From Fimbriimonadales bacterium (GTDB taxonomy: Bacteria; Armatimonadota; Fimbriimonadia; Fimbriimonadales; ATM1): 64,000 bases of DNA. The first letter of the stretch is position 1, and the number at the start of each line of letters is the position of its first letter. The DNA lies in NCBI GenBank assembly GCA_041744215.1, contig JBGTLG010000025.1, positions 64,001 through 128,000 of the forward strand, read 5' to 3'. The notes under the pieces were generated by a model. The model was not told where the DNA came from. It saw only the letters and a list, made by a program, of their open reading frames with translations, and did not search any database. The translations under genes and the position numbers were made by a program. Shown here in pieces: positions 19,123-26,999 of this stretch.

Positions 19123-20076
19123 TTACGCTGCATGATCGCGCAGCCAACTCAGCAACTCGCGCAAACTCGCCGTCGCGATGCCGACGCTCGTATCCGCGCA
19201 CCCGTAATACACGCGCAACTCGTCGCCGTCGTCGCCGACAGTCCATCCGCAGGGAAACACGACATATCCGACGTCGCCATCCTGCTCGTAGGGCATCTCC
19301 GGGGCAAAAACCCACTCCGTGCAGCGGCGGATCAGCTTGCTCGGGTCTTCGAGATCGAAGAGCGCCAGGCCCTGTCGATAGATACACCCGGCGGGCGTCA
19401 GCCGCACCCCGTGATACATCATCAGCCACCCCTCGGCCGTCTCCAGGGGCGGCGGCGAGAGCCCGATCTTGTTCGCGTCCCACCACGCCCCATGCCGTGC
19501 GGCGAGGATCTCGCGGTGGACGCCCCAATGGATCAAGTCGGGCGACTGGCTCAGCCAGATGTCCGCCGAACGCGCGAACGCAGACACCGGGCGGTGCAGC
19601 AGCAGCCAATGCCCGCCGAACTTGCGCGGAAACAGCGCCGCGTCCTTGTCTTCGGGCGGGATCACGCTGCCGACCTTGTCGAACGACCGGAAATCCTCGG
19701 TCATCGCCATCTTCACGTGCGGGCCGCCCTCGAAATAGCCCGTATACGTGATGCAGTACTTGCCGAGTTCGGGGACATAAACGACCCGCGCGTCCTCGAT
19801 CCCCCACTTTTCGTCGGAATCGGGGCTCTCGTCGGGGGCGAGCGTCGGGGTCGGGTCGATCTCCCAGCCGGTGAAGCCGTCCTTGCTGCGCGCGGCGGTG
19901 AGGTGCGAGATGCCTCGCCGGTCCTCGACGCGCACGAGGAGGAGGGTCGAGCCGTCCTGGAGGCGCGTCGCGCCGCAGTTGAAAACGGTGTTGCACGCGT
20001 AGGGCCAGATGGTGGCGTCGAGGATCGGGTTCGATGGGTGGCGATGGAAAAGGTTGGTGACGTGGCCGTTCTTCAT
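19123..20076 (-). CDS. GH130-family glycosidase/mannoside phosphorylase-like protein
   Basis: NPIL, VFNCGA, WGIEDARV, EDKDAALFP, LLHRP, GWLMMYHGV, VVFPCG, YYGCAD. Start at ATG 20076. Confidence 0.88.
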   Translation of the reverse strand: MKNGHVTNLFHRHPSNPILDATIWPYACNTVFNCGATRLQDGSTLLLVRVEDRRGISHLTAARSKDGFTGWEIDPTPTLAPDESPDSDEKWGIEDARVVYVPELGKYCITYTGYFEGGPHVKMAMTEDFRSFDKVGSVIPPEDKDAALFPRKFGGHWLLLHRPVSAFARSADIWLSQSPDLIHWGVHREILAARHGAWWDANKIGLSPPPLETAEGWLMMYHGVRLTPAGCIYRQGLALFDLEDPSKLIRRCTEWVFAPEMPYEQDGDVGYVVFPCGWTVGDDGDELRVYYGCADTSVGIATASLRELLSWLRDHAA

Positions 20077-20197
20077 AGTGAGATTCCCCGCTTCTGACGG
20101 GCAGGGGACGCTAAGTGATTCTCGGCGGATGGGCGGGATGCGTGAGGTTGCTTTTTGGGGGTCTAAATCCTCCATAGCGAGCGGGGCGGGACAAAGC

Positions 20198-20232
20198 TCA
20201 CATCCCGTGGAGTGGATGTGGCATCGGCGAAA
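20198..20232 (+). repeat. 35-bp palindromic direct repeat, copy 1
   Basis: tcacatcccgtggagtggatgtggcatcggcgaaa; 32/35 identical to 20851-20885. Confidence 0.85.
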
Positions 20233-20253
20233 GGCGGGGTATCTTTTTCGAAG

Positions 20254-20847
20254 ATGATCCCCGTCACTCTGCTCCTCTTGACGCAAGGAACTGCTCCACA
20301 ACTCGATGCCGCTGCCAGTTACGCAGATTACCTCGCTCAGTTTGAAACTTCTGAGGCCATTGTCGGCGCTTTCCAGCACAGTGGGGGCCCGAGATCTCAG
20401 CCTGATGTGTCTGTCTTTCGGGTGAAGAAAGGCGGAATGTATTCGATGCTGATGAGCGACGCAGAAGAGTACTTCGACGGAAACTCGCTGTACCGGTACT
20501 TTCCTGCACAAAACCGATACAAGGTAGGTGTAGGCAGTCATTCCAACTTCGCGGCTTTGTTTGGACGCAGATTTGTGCCTGATTCCACGATGGTCATCAC
20601 AGTGCGCTCCGTGGAAGATGGCGAATGGAGCGGAACTCCAGCTCGCATCTTCCTTTTGCGTTTTGACTCTCACGCTAATGAAATTGAATTGTTCGTGCGA
20701 AAAAGCGACCTGAGGCCGATCGGCTTACGATATCGCGGCGCTCAAGCGCAATACATGACCCTTGTTGTGCAGCTTCGGACGGATTTGAGTTTGCCGGATT
20801 CAGTTTTTCAATGGACTGCTCCGAAGAACGTCAAGCGAGTTGATTGA
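20254..20847 (+). CDS. Exported LolA-like (outer-membrane lipoprotein carrier fold) protein
   Basis: Signal peptide, YFDGNSLYRY..NRY, and C-terminal LPDSVFQWTAPKNVK resembling LolA-like 'F.F..P.G' tails. Confidence 0.6.
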   Translation: MIPVTLLLLTQGTAPQLDAAASYADYLAQFETSEAIVGAFQHSGGPRSQPDVSVFRVKKGGMYSMLMSDAEEYFDGNSLYRYFPAQNRYKVGVGSHSNFAALFGRRFVPDSTMVITVRSVEDGEWSGTPARIFLLRFDSHANEIELFVRKSDLRPIGLRYRGAQAQYMTLVVQLRTDLSLPDSVFQWTAPKNVKRVD

Positions 20848-20850
20848 AGG

Positions 20851-20885
20851 TCATATCCCGTGGAAGGGATGTGGCATCGGCGAAA
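20851..20885 (+). repeat. 35-bp palindromic direct repeat, copy 2
   Basis: tcatatcccgtggaagggatgtggcatcggcgaaa. Confidence 0.85.
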
Positions 20886-20936
20886 TGCGCGAGCGGAGGC
20901 GCAAACAGCCGCGCCGCTCCCGCTGCGCCGTTTTTT

Positions 20937-21088
20937 GCCGGCGACGGATGAAGAATTGCCGCCCGGAATGGGGCGTCGCCTGCACAAAGTGAGTTTGCGC
21001 CGGCAACGGCTGAGATATTGCCGCACGGAATGGGGCGCCGCCAGCACAAAATGATTTTGCGCCGGCAGTTTTTCATTTTTGCCGCCCT
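20937..21088. repeat. 62-bp tandem repeat, about 2.4 copies
   Basis: Units start at 20937, 20999 and 21061. The first two are about 52/62 identical by manual alignment. Confidence 0.85.
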
Positions 21089-21186
21089 GCGAGGCCGAAT
21101 TTGAACTTGGGGAGGGTTTTTTGGGCGTGGAGGCGAACTTTTTGGGCGGGGATGCCCTCGTCAGGCGGACCTACATAAGACAAGTG

Positions 21187-21226
21187 ACCCCGGCGGCCTT
21201 ACGGCTTGCCGGGGTTTTGCTTTTTT
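21187..21226 (+). terminator. Intrinsic terminator-like hairpin (unit 1)
   Basis: ACCCCGGC...GCCGGGGT followed by TTTGCTTTTTT. Confidence 0.75.
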
Positions 21227-21307
21227 CAGGGGCTTGATTCGGGGAGGAATCTTTTTGGGCGGGGGCGAAACAAAGGAATTGATCGGGTGTCTCGTTAGCT
21301 CATTCTC

Positions 21308-21353
21308 CAAGCGCCCCGGCGGCAACGACTGCCCGCCGGGGCGCTTGCTTTTT
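21308..21353 (+). terminator. Intrinsic terminator-like hairpin (unit 2)
   Basis: CAAGCGCCCCGGCGG...CCGCCGGGGCGCTTG followed by CTTTTT. Confidence 0.75.
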
Positions 21354-21737
21354 CGGGGGCTCGGTTCGGCGCATGGAGGAATCTTTTTTGGCCGCGGCGA
21401 AGCAAAGGAACTGTTAGGGCATTCATCCGCCCTTTCACCTCAGCCCCGGCCAGAGCATCCCACATTGGGTCTCTTCCGGGGCGCTCCATTTGCATCCGGC
21501 CACTTGCAGCCGGACCGAGTGCCCGTCGGGGTCTCGTAGCTTCGAAGTGCGCCCGACCGGCATGCGAGGCAACCGAGAACGCCCGAGTATCGAATCTAAG
21601 TCCTCGGATTCAAAACGCGTGCGACCGACAATTGACATGGTTCGTCCTTATCGCATCTCAAGTCAACAGAAGAGCAAGACCAATATGATCGGCTGGTTTC
21701 GGCTTGCGATGCCTTTTCGAACACTTCGCATCGCGAC

Positions 21738-21944
21738 GTGGTGGCCTTTGCCGATGTAGTGCATAGCGGAGCCATGGTTTCATTGGCTGTCGCGACGAAG
21801 TTAAGGGCGCATTTAGACGCCCGCACGCTCACAGATTCGGACATCGCTACCGGGCTTGAGGAGATTGAAGTCGTATCAGCCACCCTCGTCGACTCGGCGA
21901 AGATGGCTGCGCAGGCGCAACTCGAGGCTTCCGACGATGGATAA
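21738..21944 (+). CDS. Small helical protein, loosely HisKA_3-like; possibly 5'-truncated
   Basis: The frame is open from 21636 but has no ATG/GTG until 21738. FADVVHSGAMVSLAV resembles an H-box helix. The stop overlaps the TIR start. Confidence 0.3.
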   Translation: MVAFADVVHSGAMVSLAVATKLRAHLDARTLTDSDIATGLEEIEVVSATLVDSAKMAAQAQLEASDDG

Positions 21945-22374
21945 AGGCAGCGCTCATAGGGCCCCTGTTCGCAAAGTCTACATTGCTGCGAACCATAGAA
22001 ATGACTTGGACTTCGCGAAAGAGCTGATGTCGCGGGCTGAACAAAGCGATCTCGAATTCAGCGTAGGGCCGCCGAGGGGCAGATACGCCGTAGGCGGCCC
22101 CGGCTCGTATGCTTTGAAGCTCACCGTTTCCCACGCCATCAATCCATGCAGCCACGTTCTGGTCGTCGTAGGAGAGCAAACGCAGTCAGATGCTTGGGTT
22201 GATTGGGAGGTCGACCTTGCAATCAACTTGCGCAAGCGGCTGGCCGCAGTGTATCTTGATCCCAACTTTGAGCCGCCCGATGCGCTCAAGTTCTGCGTCA
22301 TCGAGTTGGCGAAGGATCGCAGCTTGGATTCGATTCGGGCTGCCATTCTTCGCGCGGACCGCGCGCGGCAGTAG
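21937..22374 (+). CDS. TIR-like domain protein (Thoeris ThsB / DUF1863 type)
   Basis: RKVYIA..H..D; AINPCSHVLVVVGEQTQSDAWVDWEVDLAINLRKRLAAV matches the ThsB pattern with a putative catalytic Glu; PPDAL. Confidence 0.78.
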   Translation: MDKGSAHRAPVRKVYIAANHRNDLDFAKELMSRAEQSDLEFSVGPPRGRYAVGGPGSYALKLTVSHAINPCSHVLVVVGEQTQSDAWVDWEVDLAINLRKRLAAVYLDPNFEPPDALKFCVIELAKDRSLDSIRAAILRADRARQ

Positions 22375-22399
22375 GAAGCGCTTTTAGCTCCCTCGTATG

Positions 22400-22471
22400 C
22401 CTCCACCGCTTGCTCGGAGGCTACGGAGATGCGGCACCGTCTCCTGCACCCTCCACGGCAAGCGGTGGAGG
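22400..22471. repeat. Long intergenic palindrome (REP/RIME-like)
   Basis: CCTCCACCGCTTGC (22400-22413) pairs with GCAAGCGGTGGAGG (22458-22471). Inner stems GGAGG/CCTCC and GGAGATG/CGTCTCC. Confidence 0.75.
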
Positions 22472-22509
22472 GATAAAAGTGGCGGGCGCGCAGGCGGTAA
22501 CCTTGCGCC

Positions 22510-24183
22510 ATGCCTGACATCTCTTTCGACCGCTATTATCGCTATGCGGATTTGACCGCTTTGCTGGAGGCGTTCATGGCGGAGTGGCCGGATTTGGTTC
22601 GGGTGACTTCGATCGGGAAGAGCCACGAGGGGCGGATGATTTGGCTGGCGACGGTGACGAACCGGAAGACGGGGGCGGCGAAGGATAAGCCCGCGTTTTG
22701 GTGCGATGGGAACATCCATGCGAGCGAGGTGAGCGCGAGTGCGGCTGTGATGAATATCTTGTGGCAGCTTGTGACGCGGTACGGTTCGGATGATGTGGTG
22801 CGGCGGGCTGTGGACACGCGGGCTTTTTATCTTGTTCCGCGCGTGAACCCGGACGGCGCGGAGTGGGCGCTTGCGGATGTGCCGAAGATCATTCGGAGCG
22901 GGACTCGGCCTTATCCTTGGGATGACGAGGATCTGTATGGTCTCGAGCGTCAGGATGTTGACGGGGACGGGCGGGTTTTGAATATGCGGATTCGGGATGC
23001 GAACGGGGGTTGGAAGGTTTCTGAGGATGAGCCTCGGCTTTTGAAGAAGCGGGAGCCGAGCGAGACGGGGGGCGAGTACTACCGTGTGCTGCCTGAGGGG
23101 ATTTTTCACAACTTCGACCCTTTGACGCTGAAGGGGCGTCGTGTAACGGAGGGGCTGGATTTCAACCGGAACTTCCCGAGCCAGTGGCGCGCGGAGAACG
23201 AGCAGCATGGGGCGGGGCCTTACCCGACGAGCGAGCCTGAGATTCGGGCGCTTGTTCAGGCGATTGTGGATCGGCCGAACATCTGTGGCGCGGTGACTTT
23301 CCATACTTTCAGCGGCGTGCACCTTCGTCCGCCGAGCACGAAGGCGGACGACGATATTCCTGCGGAGGATTTGTGGGTTTATAAGGAGATCGGTAAGAAG
23401 GGCGAGGAGCTGACGGGGTATCCGGCGATCAGCAACTACCACGAGTTTCGGTATCACCCGAAGGAGGTGATCACGGGGGTTTTCGACGATTGGATGTTCG
23501 AGCATCGTGGGGTTTTTGCGTGGACGACGGAGATCTGGTCGCCGCAGCGTCAGGCGGGGATCACGGATTACAAGTACATCGAGTGGTTTCGGGATCATCC
23601 GCACTCTGACGACGTTGCGCTATTGAAGTGGTCGGACGAGAAGCTGGGTGGCAAGGGGCACGTGGACTGGTTCGAGTTCGATCATCCGCAGCTTGGGAAG
23701 ATTGAGTTGGGGGGCTGGGACTCGCAGTACGCTTTTCGGAATCCGCCGCCGGATTTTTTGGAGGCGGAGATTTCGCCTTTTGCGGACTGGGTGATCTGGC
23801 AGGCGCTGATTTCGCCTCGTTTGGAGGTCGCGGCTGTGGAGACTCGTGCGGTTGGCGAGGGGACTGTGATCCGTTTCGCTGTGGAGAACACGGGTTACTT
23901 GCCGAGCTATGTTTCGCGGGTTGGGCGGGACAAGAAGGTGTGTCGGGGGGTTATCGGTGAGATCGAGTTGGGGGACGGGTTGACTCTGCTTTCGGGGAAG
24001 CTTCGCGAGGAGGGTCCGCAGCTTGAGGGGCGGTCGCACTTGCCGAGCGCTGGGTTTGGTTGGCTGATGGAGGCGACGGATAACCGGCACGTTTTCGAGT
24101 GGACTGTGTCTGGGCGAGGTCGTGTGGGGCTGGTTGGTCGGCATGACCGGGCTGGGCGGGTGTCGGTTGAGGTTGAGGTTTAG
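22510..24183 (+). CDS. M14 zinc carboxypeptidase
   Basis: GNIHASE (HxxE), PRVNPDG, DFNRNFP, SEPE, TFHTFSG. Confidence 0.9.
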   Translation: MPDISFDRYYRYADLTALLEAFMAEWPDLVRVTSIGKSHEGRMIWLATVTNRKTGAAKDKPAFWCDGNIHASEVSASAAVMNILWQLVTRYGSDDVVRRAVDTRAFYLVPRVNPDGAEWALADVPKIIRSGTRPYPWDDEDLYGLERQDVDGDGRVLNMRIRDANGGWKVSEDEPRLLKKREPSETGGEYYRVLPEGIFHNFDPLTLKGRRVTEGLDFNRNFPSQWRAENEQHGAGPYPTSEPEIRALVQAIVDRPNICGAVTFHTFSGVHLRPPSTKADDDIPAEDLWVYKEIGKKGEELTGYPAISNYHEFRYHPKEVITGVFDDWMFEHRGVFAWTTEIWSPQRQAGITDYKYIEWFRDHPHSDDVALLKWSDEKLGGKGHVDWFEFDHPQLGKIELGGWDSQYAFRNPPPDFLEAEISPFADWVIWQALISPRLEVAAVETRAVGEGTVIRFAVENTGYLPSYVSRVGRDKKVCRGVIGEIELGDGLTLLSGKLREEGPQLEGRSHLPSAGFGWLMEATDNRHVFEWTVSGRGRVGLVGRHDRAGRVSVEVEV

Positions 24184-24319
24184 GTCGAAATCTGAACGAA
24201 AAAGTGTTGGATTTCGTCCTGAGTTGAGATAGACTGGGTGCCTGGGCGACTGGCGCCCTGATTTCATTTCTTCTACGGGTCTGGCGACCCCTAAACTGAA
24301 ACATGAGGGAGGATGCACA

Positions 24320-26926
24320 GTGATTGCATCAGTGTTTGCGATAATGTTGGGCCTCGGAGGGCAAGTCCCCTCCACGGCAGCTGTCGAATCGTTGGTCGTT
24401 CGCAGGGCGGGCGCGAGTTTCGAAGTTAGCCGCAACGATGGTACGCACGTTCGGACGACGAACGCGCGAGTGACGGACGGGCGATTGATCCGGCTCCCCG
24501 GTTCTTCCGGGATGGTGGCCGTCTGGAACGAGACGACCGGTCGGACGACGAAGCCTTTCTTTGGCGTTTCTCTGGACGGTGGCGAGTTCCAGCGCGTGAC
24601 TGAAGCGGACGTGAAGATCCGCCTGAAGTATGCGGAGTTCGATCCGCTGGTTGCGATTCCTGCTGTGCCGACTGACTTGAAGGCGACGTCTGCGTCGAGC
24701 ATGTACATCGTGCAGTTCGTTTCGCAGACCCTCGATGAGTATCGGGATGCTATTCGTAATGTCGGCGGCGAAGTTTTCAACTATCTTCCGAGCAATGCTT
24801 ACATTTGTAGGCTGACTGCGGAAGGCGCGGCATCATTGCGCAGCCAGCCGTTCGTGCGATGGGTTGGCAGCTATGAGCCTGCCTACCGTTTGGACGAGCA
24901 GCTTCGCGCTGCTCACTCGACCGGCAAGCTTCCATCGACCGCGCGCTACATCATTCAGATGCTTGGTGACGATTCAATTTTGAAGCGCCAGATCGCCATG
25001 CAGATCAGCAGTCTCGGCGGCATCGTTGAGAGTGCGCCTGACGAAGGAACTTTGCTCGAAGCGACACTCACTCCAACGCAGTTGATTGGCACGACGCACA
25101 TCGACGGCGTTATGTGGGTCGAAGCATGGGGCGAGCCATCTCATGACATGGACAACGTTCGAATCGTTAGCGGCGCGAACTACATCAATGGTTTTGGGAC
25201 GTTTCGCGGCCAGGGTGTGAATGCGCATATCATCGACGGCGGCGTGCGTGCAACGCACCAAGCGTTTGCGGGCAGACTGACAGTGCGCAGCAACAGCGGT
25301 TCGACGAGCCACGGCACAAGCACTGTTGGGTGCGTTGGCGGGAGTGGCGCGGCAAACGCTGCAGGCACGGGAATGATGCCGGACTGTGGCCTGGTTTTCT
25401 CGGTCTATTCGACCAGTTGGACAACGGCGCAGCGACTTGCGCTGACGCAAGCAACTGTGGATACGTTCCAGTGCGTTGTTGAATCCAACAGTTGGGGTAA
25501 CCCTCAGACGACAGAGTACACCGCGGTCTCGTCGCAGATGGATGAGATCATCTACAAGACTGGCCTCGTGATTCTGAATTCGCAGAGCAACACTAGCAAC
25601 CAGAACTCGCGGCCTCAAGCGTGGGCGAAGAACATCGTATCGATTGGCGGCATCAGCCACTTCAACAACTCAAACCTTGCTGATGATCAGTGGACTTCGG
25701 CGAGCATTGGCCCGGCGGCCGATCTCCGGATCAAGCCTGACCTGTCGTTCTACTACGATTCGATTCTTTGCACTTCAAGTGGATCCGACACTTCGTACAC
25801 TACGGGGTTTGGCGGTACCAGCGCTGCTACGCCGATGACGGCGGGCGCGTTTGGGCTGTTCCATGAGATGTGGCACAAGGGGCTGTTCAACAACTCTGCG
25901 ACAGGCGCGAGCGTGTTTGCAAATCGCCCTAAGGCGACAACTGCGAAGGCGTTGATGATCGCGTCGGCTCGCCAGTACACGTTCTCTGGAACGGGTCACA
26001 ACTTGTCGAGATACAAGCAAGGCTGGGGCCTGCCCAACTTGCAGAAGTTGTACGATATGCGCAACATGATGTTTTGGGACAACGAGTCCGAGCTCTTGCA
26101 AAACTTGGAGACCAAAGCATATCGACTGTACGTTCCACCAGGTCAACCGCAGTTGAATGTGGTCATGGCTTACAACGACTATTGGGGCACGACGTCTTCG
26201 ACGCTCCACCGAATCAATGCGATTGGCCTGAAGGTTACGGGCCCGACAGGAACCGTTTGGTACGGTAACAACGGTTTGGCTGCCGGTAACTTCAGTGCTT
26301 CAGGCGGAACTTGGAACATGGTTGACAACGTTCAGTGCGTGATCTTGAATGCGCCAGCATCGGGCGTTTATACCGTGGAGGTTCGCGCGAATGAGTTGAA
26401 CCAAGATGGCCACCCGGGCACGCCGGCCCTTGACTCATCGTTTGCGCTTGCCGCGTTCAACGTATCCCCATGGGCAACGCTTCAATCCGTAGTGACGAAC
26501 TGGGGCGTCGAGGTCGAAACGGGACTGAGTCGAGTCACGCATAGCGACAACCTTCGCTATCGCGTTCGTGAGGCTCCTGTTCTGGCTCTCGGAGCTCCAC
26601 AGGTCGACGTACTTGCTACGCTCGTCGCGCCGACTACCACTGGCAGCCAGCTCGACGTTGTCATCGAGCACCGTGCAAACTCGATTGGAATTCAGTCGAG
26701 GGTGGAAATCTGGAACGTGGCGCAAAACCGGTGGGACCTGCTGATGTCAGGTGCTGCTCCGACGACTGACACCGTCCAAACAGCGGTTGTGACGTCGAAC
26801 GTCAACGAGTATATCGATCCATCCAGCAGAGTGATCCGGGTCCGGAGTCGCTATTATGGCGACGTCGCCGTTTCCCTTGGCTGGGTTGCCGAGATCGACC
26901 AAATCAGAGTGGGATTCCAACCCTAA
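24320..26926 (+). CDS. Secreted S8 (subtilisin-like, KP-43 type) serine peptidase
   Basis: Catalytic triad motifs IIDGG, HGTST, GGTSAATP; IKPDL; QGWG; C-terminal beta domains. GGAGG RBS. Confidence 0.9.
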   Translation: MIASVFAIMLGLGGQVPSTAAVESLVVRRAGASFEVSRNDGTHVRTTNARVTDGRLIRLPGSSGMVAVWNETTGRTTKPFFGVSLDGGEFQRVTEADVKIRLKYAEFDPLVAIPAVPTDLKATSASSMYIVQFVSQTLDEYRDAIRNVGGEVFNYLPSNAYICRLTAEGAASLRSQPFVRWVGSYEPAYRLDEQLRAAHSTGKLPSTARYIIQMLGDDSILKRQIAMQISSLGGIVESAPDEGTLLEATLTPTQLIGTTHIDGVMWVEAWGEPSHDMDNVRIVSGANYINGFGTFRGQGVNAHIIDGGVRATHQAFAGRLTVRSNSGSTSHGTSTVGCVGGSGAANAAGTGMMPDCGLVFSVYSTSWTTAQRLALTQATVDTFQCVVESNSWGNPQTTEYTAVSSQMDEIIYKTGLVILNSQSNTSNQNSRPQAWAKNIVSIGGISHFNNSNLADDQWTSASIGPAADLRIKPDLSFYYDSILCTSSGSDTSYTTGFGGTSAATPMTAGAFGLFHEMWHKGLFNNSATGASVFANRPKATTAKALMIASARQYTFSGTGHNLSRYKQGWGLPNLQKLYDMRNMMFWDNESELLQNLETKAYRLYVPPGQPQLNVVMAYNDYWGTTSSTLHRINAIGLKVTGPTGTVWYGNNGLAAGNFSASGGTWNMVDNVQCVILNAPASGVYTVEVRANELNQDGHPGTPALDSSFALAAFNVSPWATLQSVVTNWGVEVETGLSRVTHSDNLRYRVREAPVLALGAPQVDVLATLVAPTTTGSQLDVVIEHRANSIGIQSRVEIWNVAQNRWDLLMSGAAPTTDTVQTAVVTSNVNEYIDPSSRVIRVRSRYYGDVAVSLGWVAEIDQIRVGFQP

Positions 26927-26937
26927 CTCTGAACTCT

Positions 26938-26980
26938 TGCCGCCCGTGAGCACCTCACTCACGGGCGGCATTTTTCTTTT
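26938..26980 (+). terminator. Intrinsic terminator
   Basis: TGCCGCCCGTGAG-cacctca-CTCACGGGCGGCA followed by TTTTTCTTTT. Confidence 0.9.
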
Positions 26981-26999
26981 GCAGTAGACTCTTTAACGG

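Noticed and set aside
19100-20097. Alternative-frame ORFs of 298 aa and 321 aa over GH130
   Set aside because: They are GC-rich shadow frames with R/A/G-rich composition.
20077-20673. N-terminal extension of GH130 in the 516-aa ORF-track call
   Set aside because: It overlaps an opposite-strand gene, and family similarity starts at MKNGHV (20076).
20198-21420. CRISPR array
   Set aside because: Each repeat has only 2-3 copies, there is no repeat-unique spacer periodicity, and no cas genes are present.
19400-22500. Replication origin at the skew flip
   Set aside because: No cluster of DnaA boxes, no AT-rich unwinding element and no dnaA/dnaN gene were seen.
22384-24780. Long minus-strand ORFs (406 aa and 386 aa)
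   Set aside because: They are antisense shadows of the M14 and S8 genes, with P/L/R-biased sequence and no motifs.
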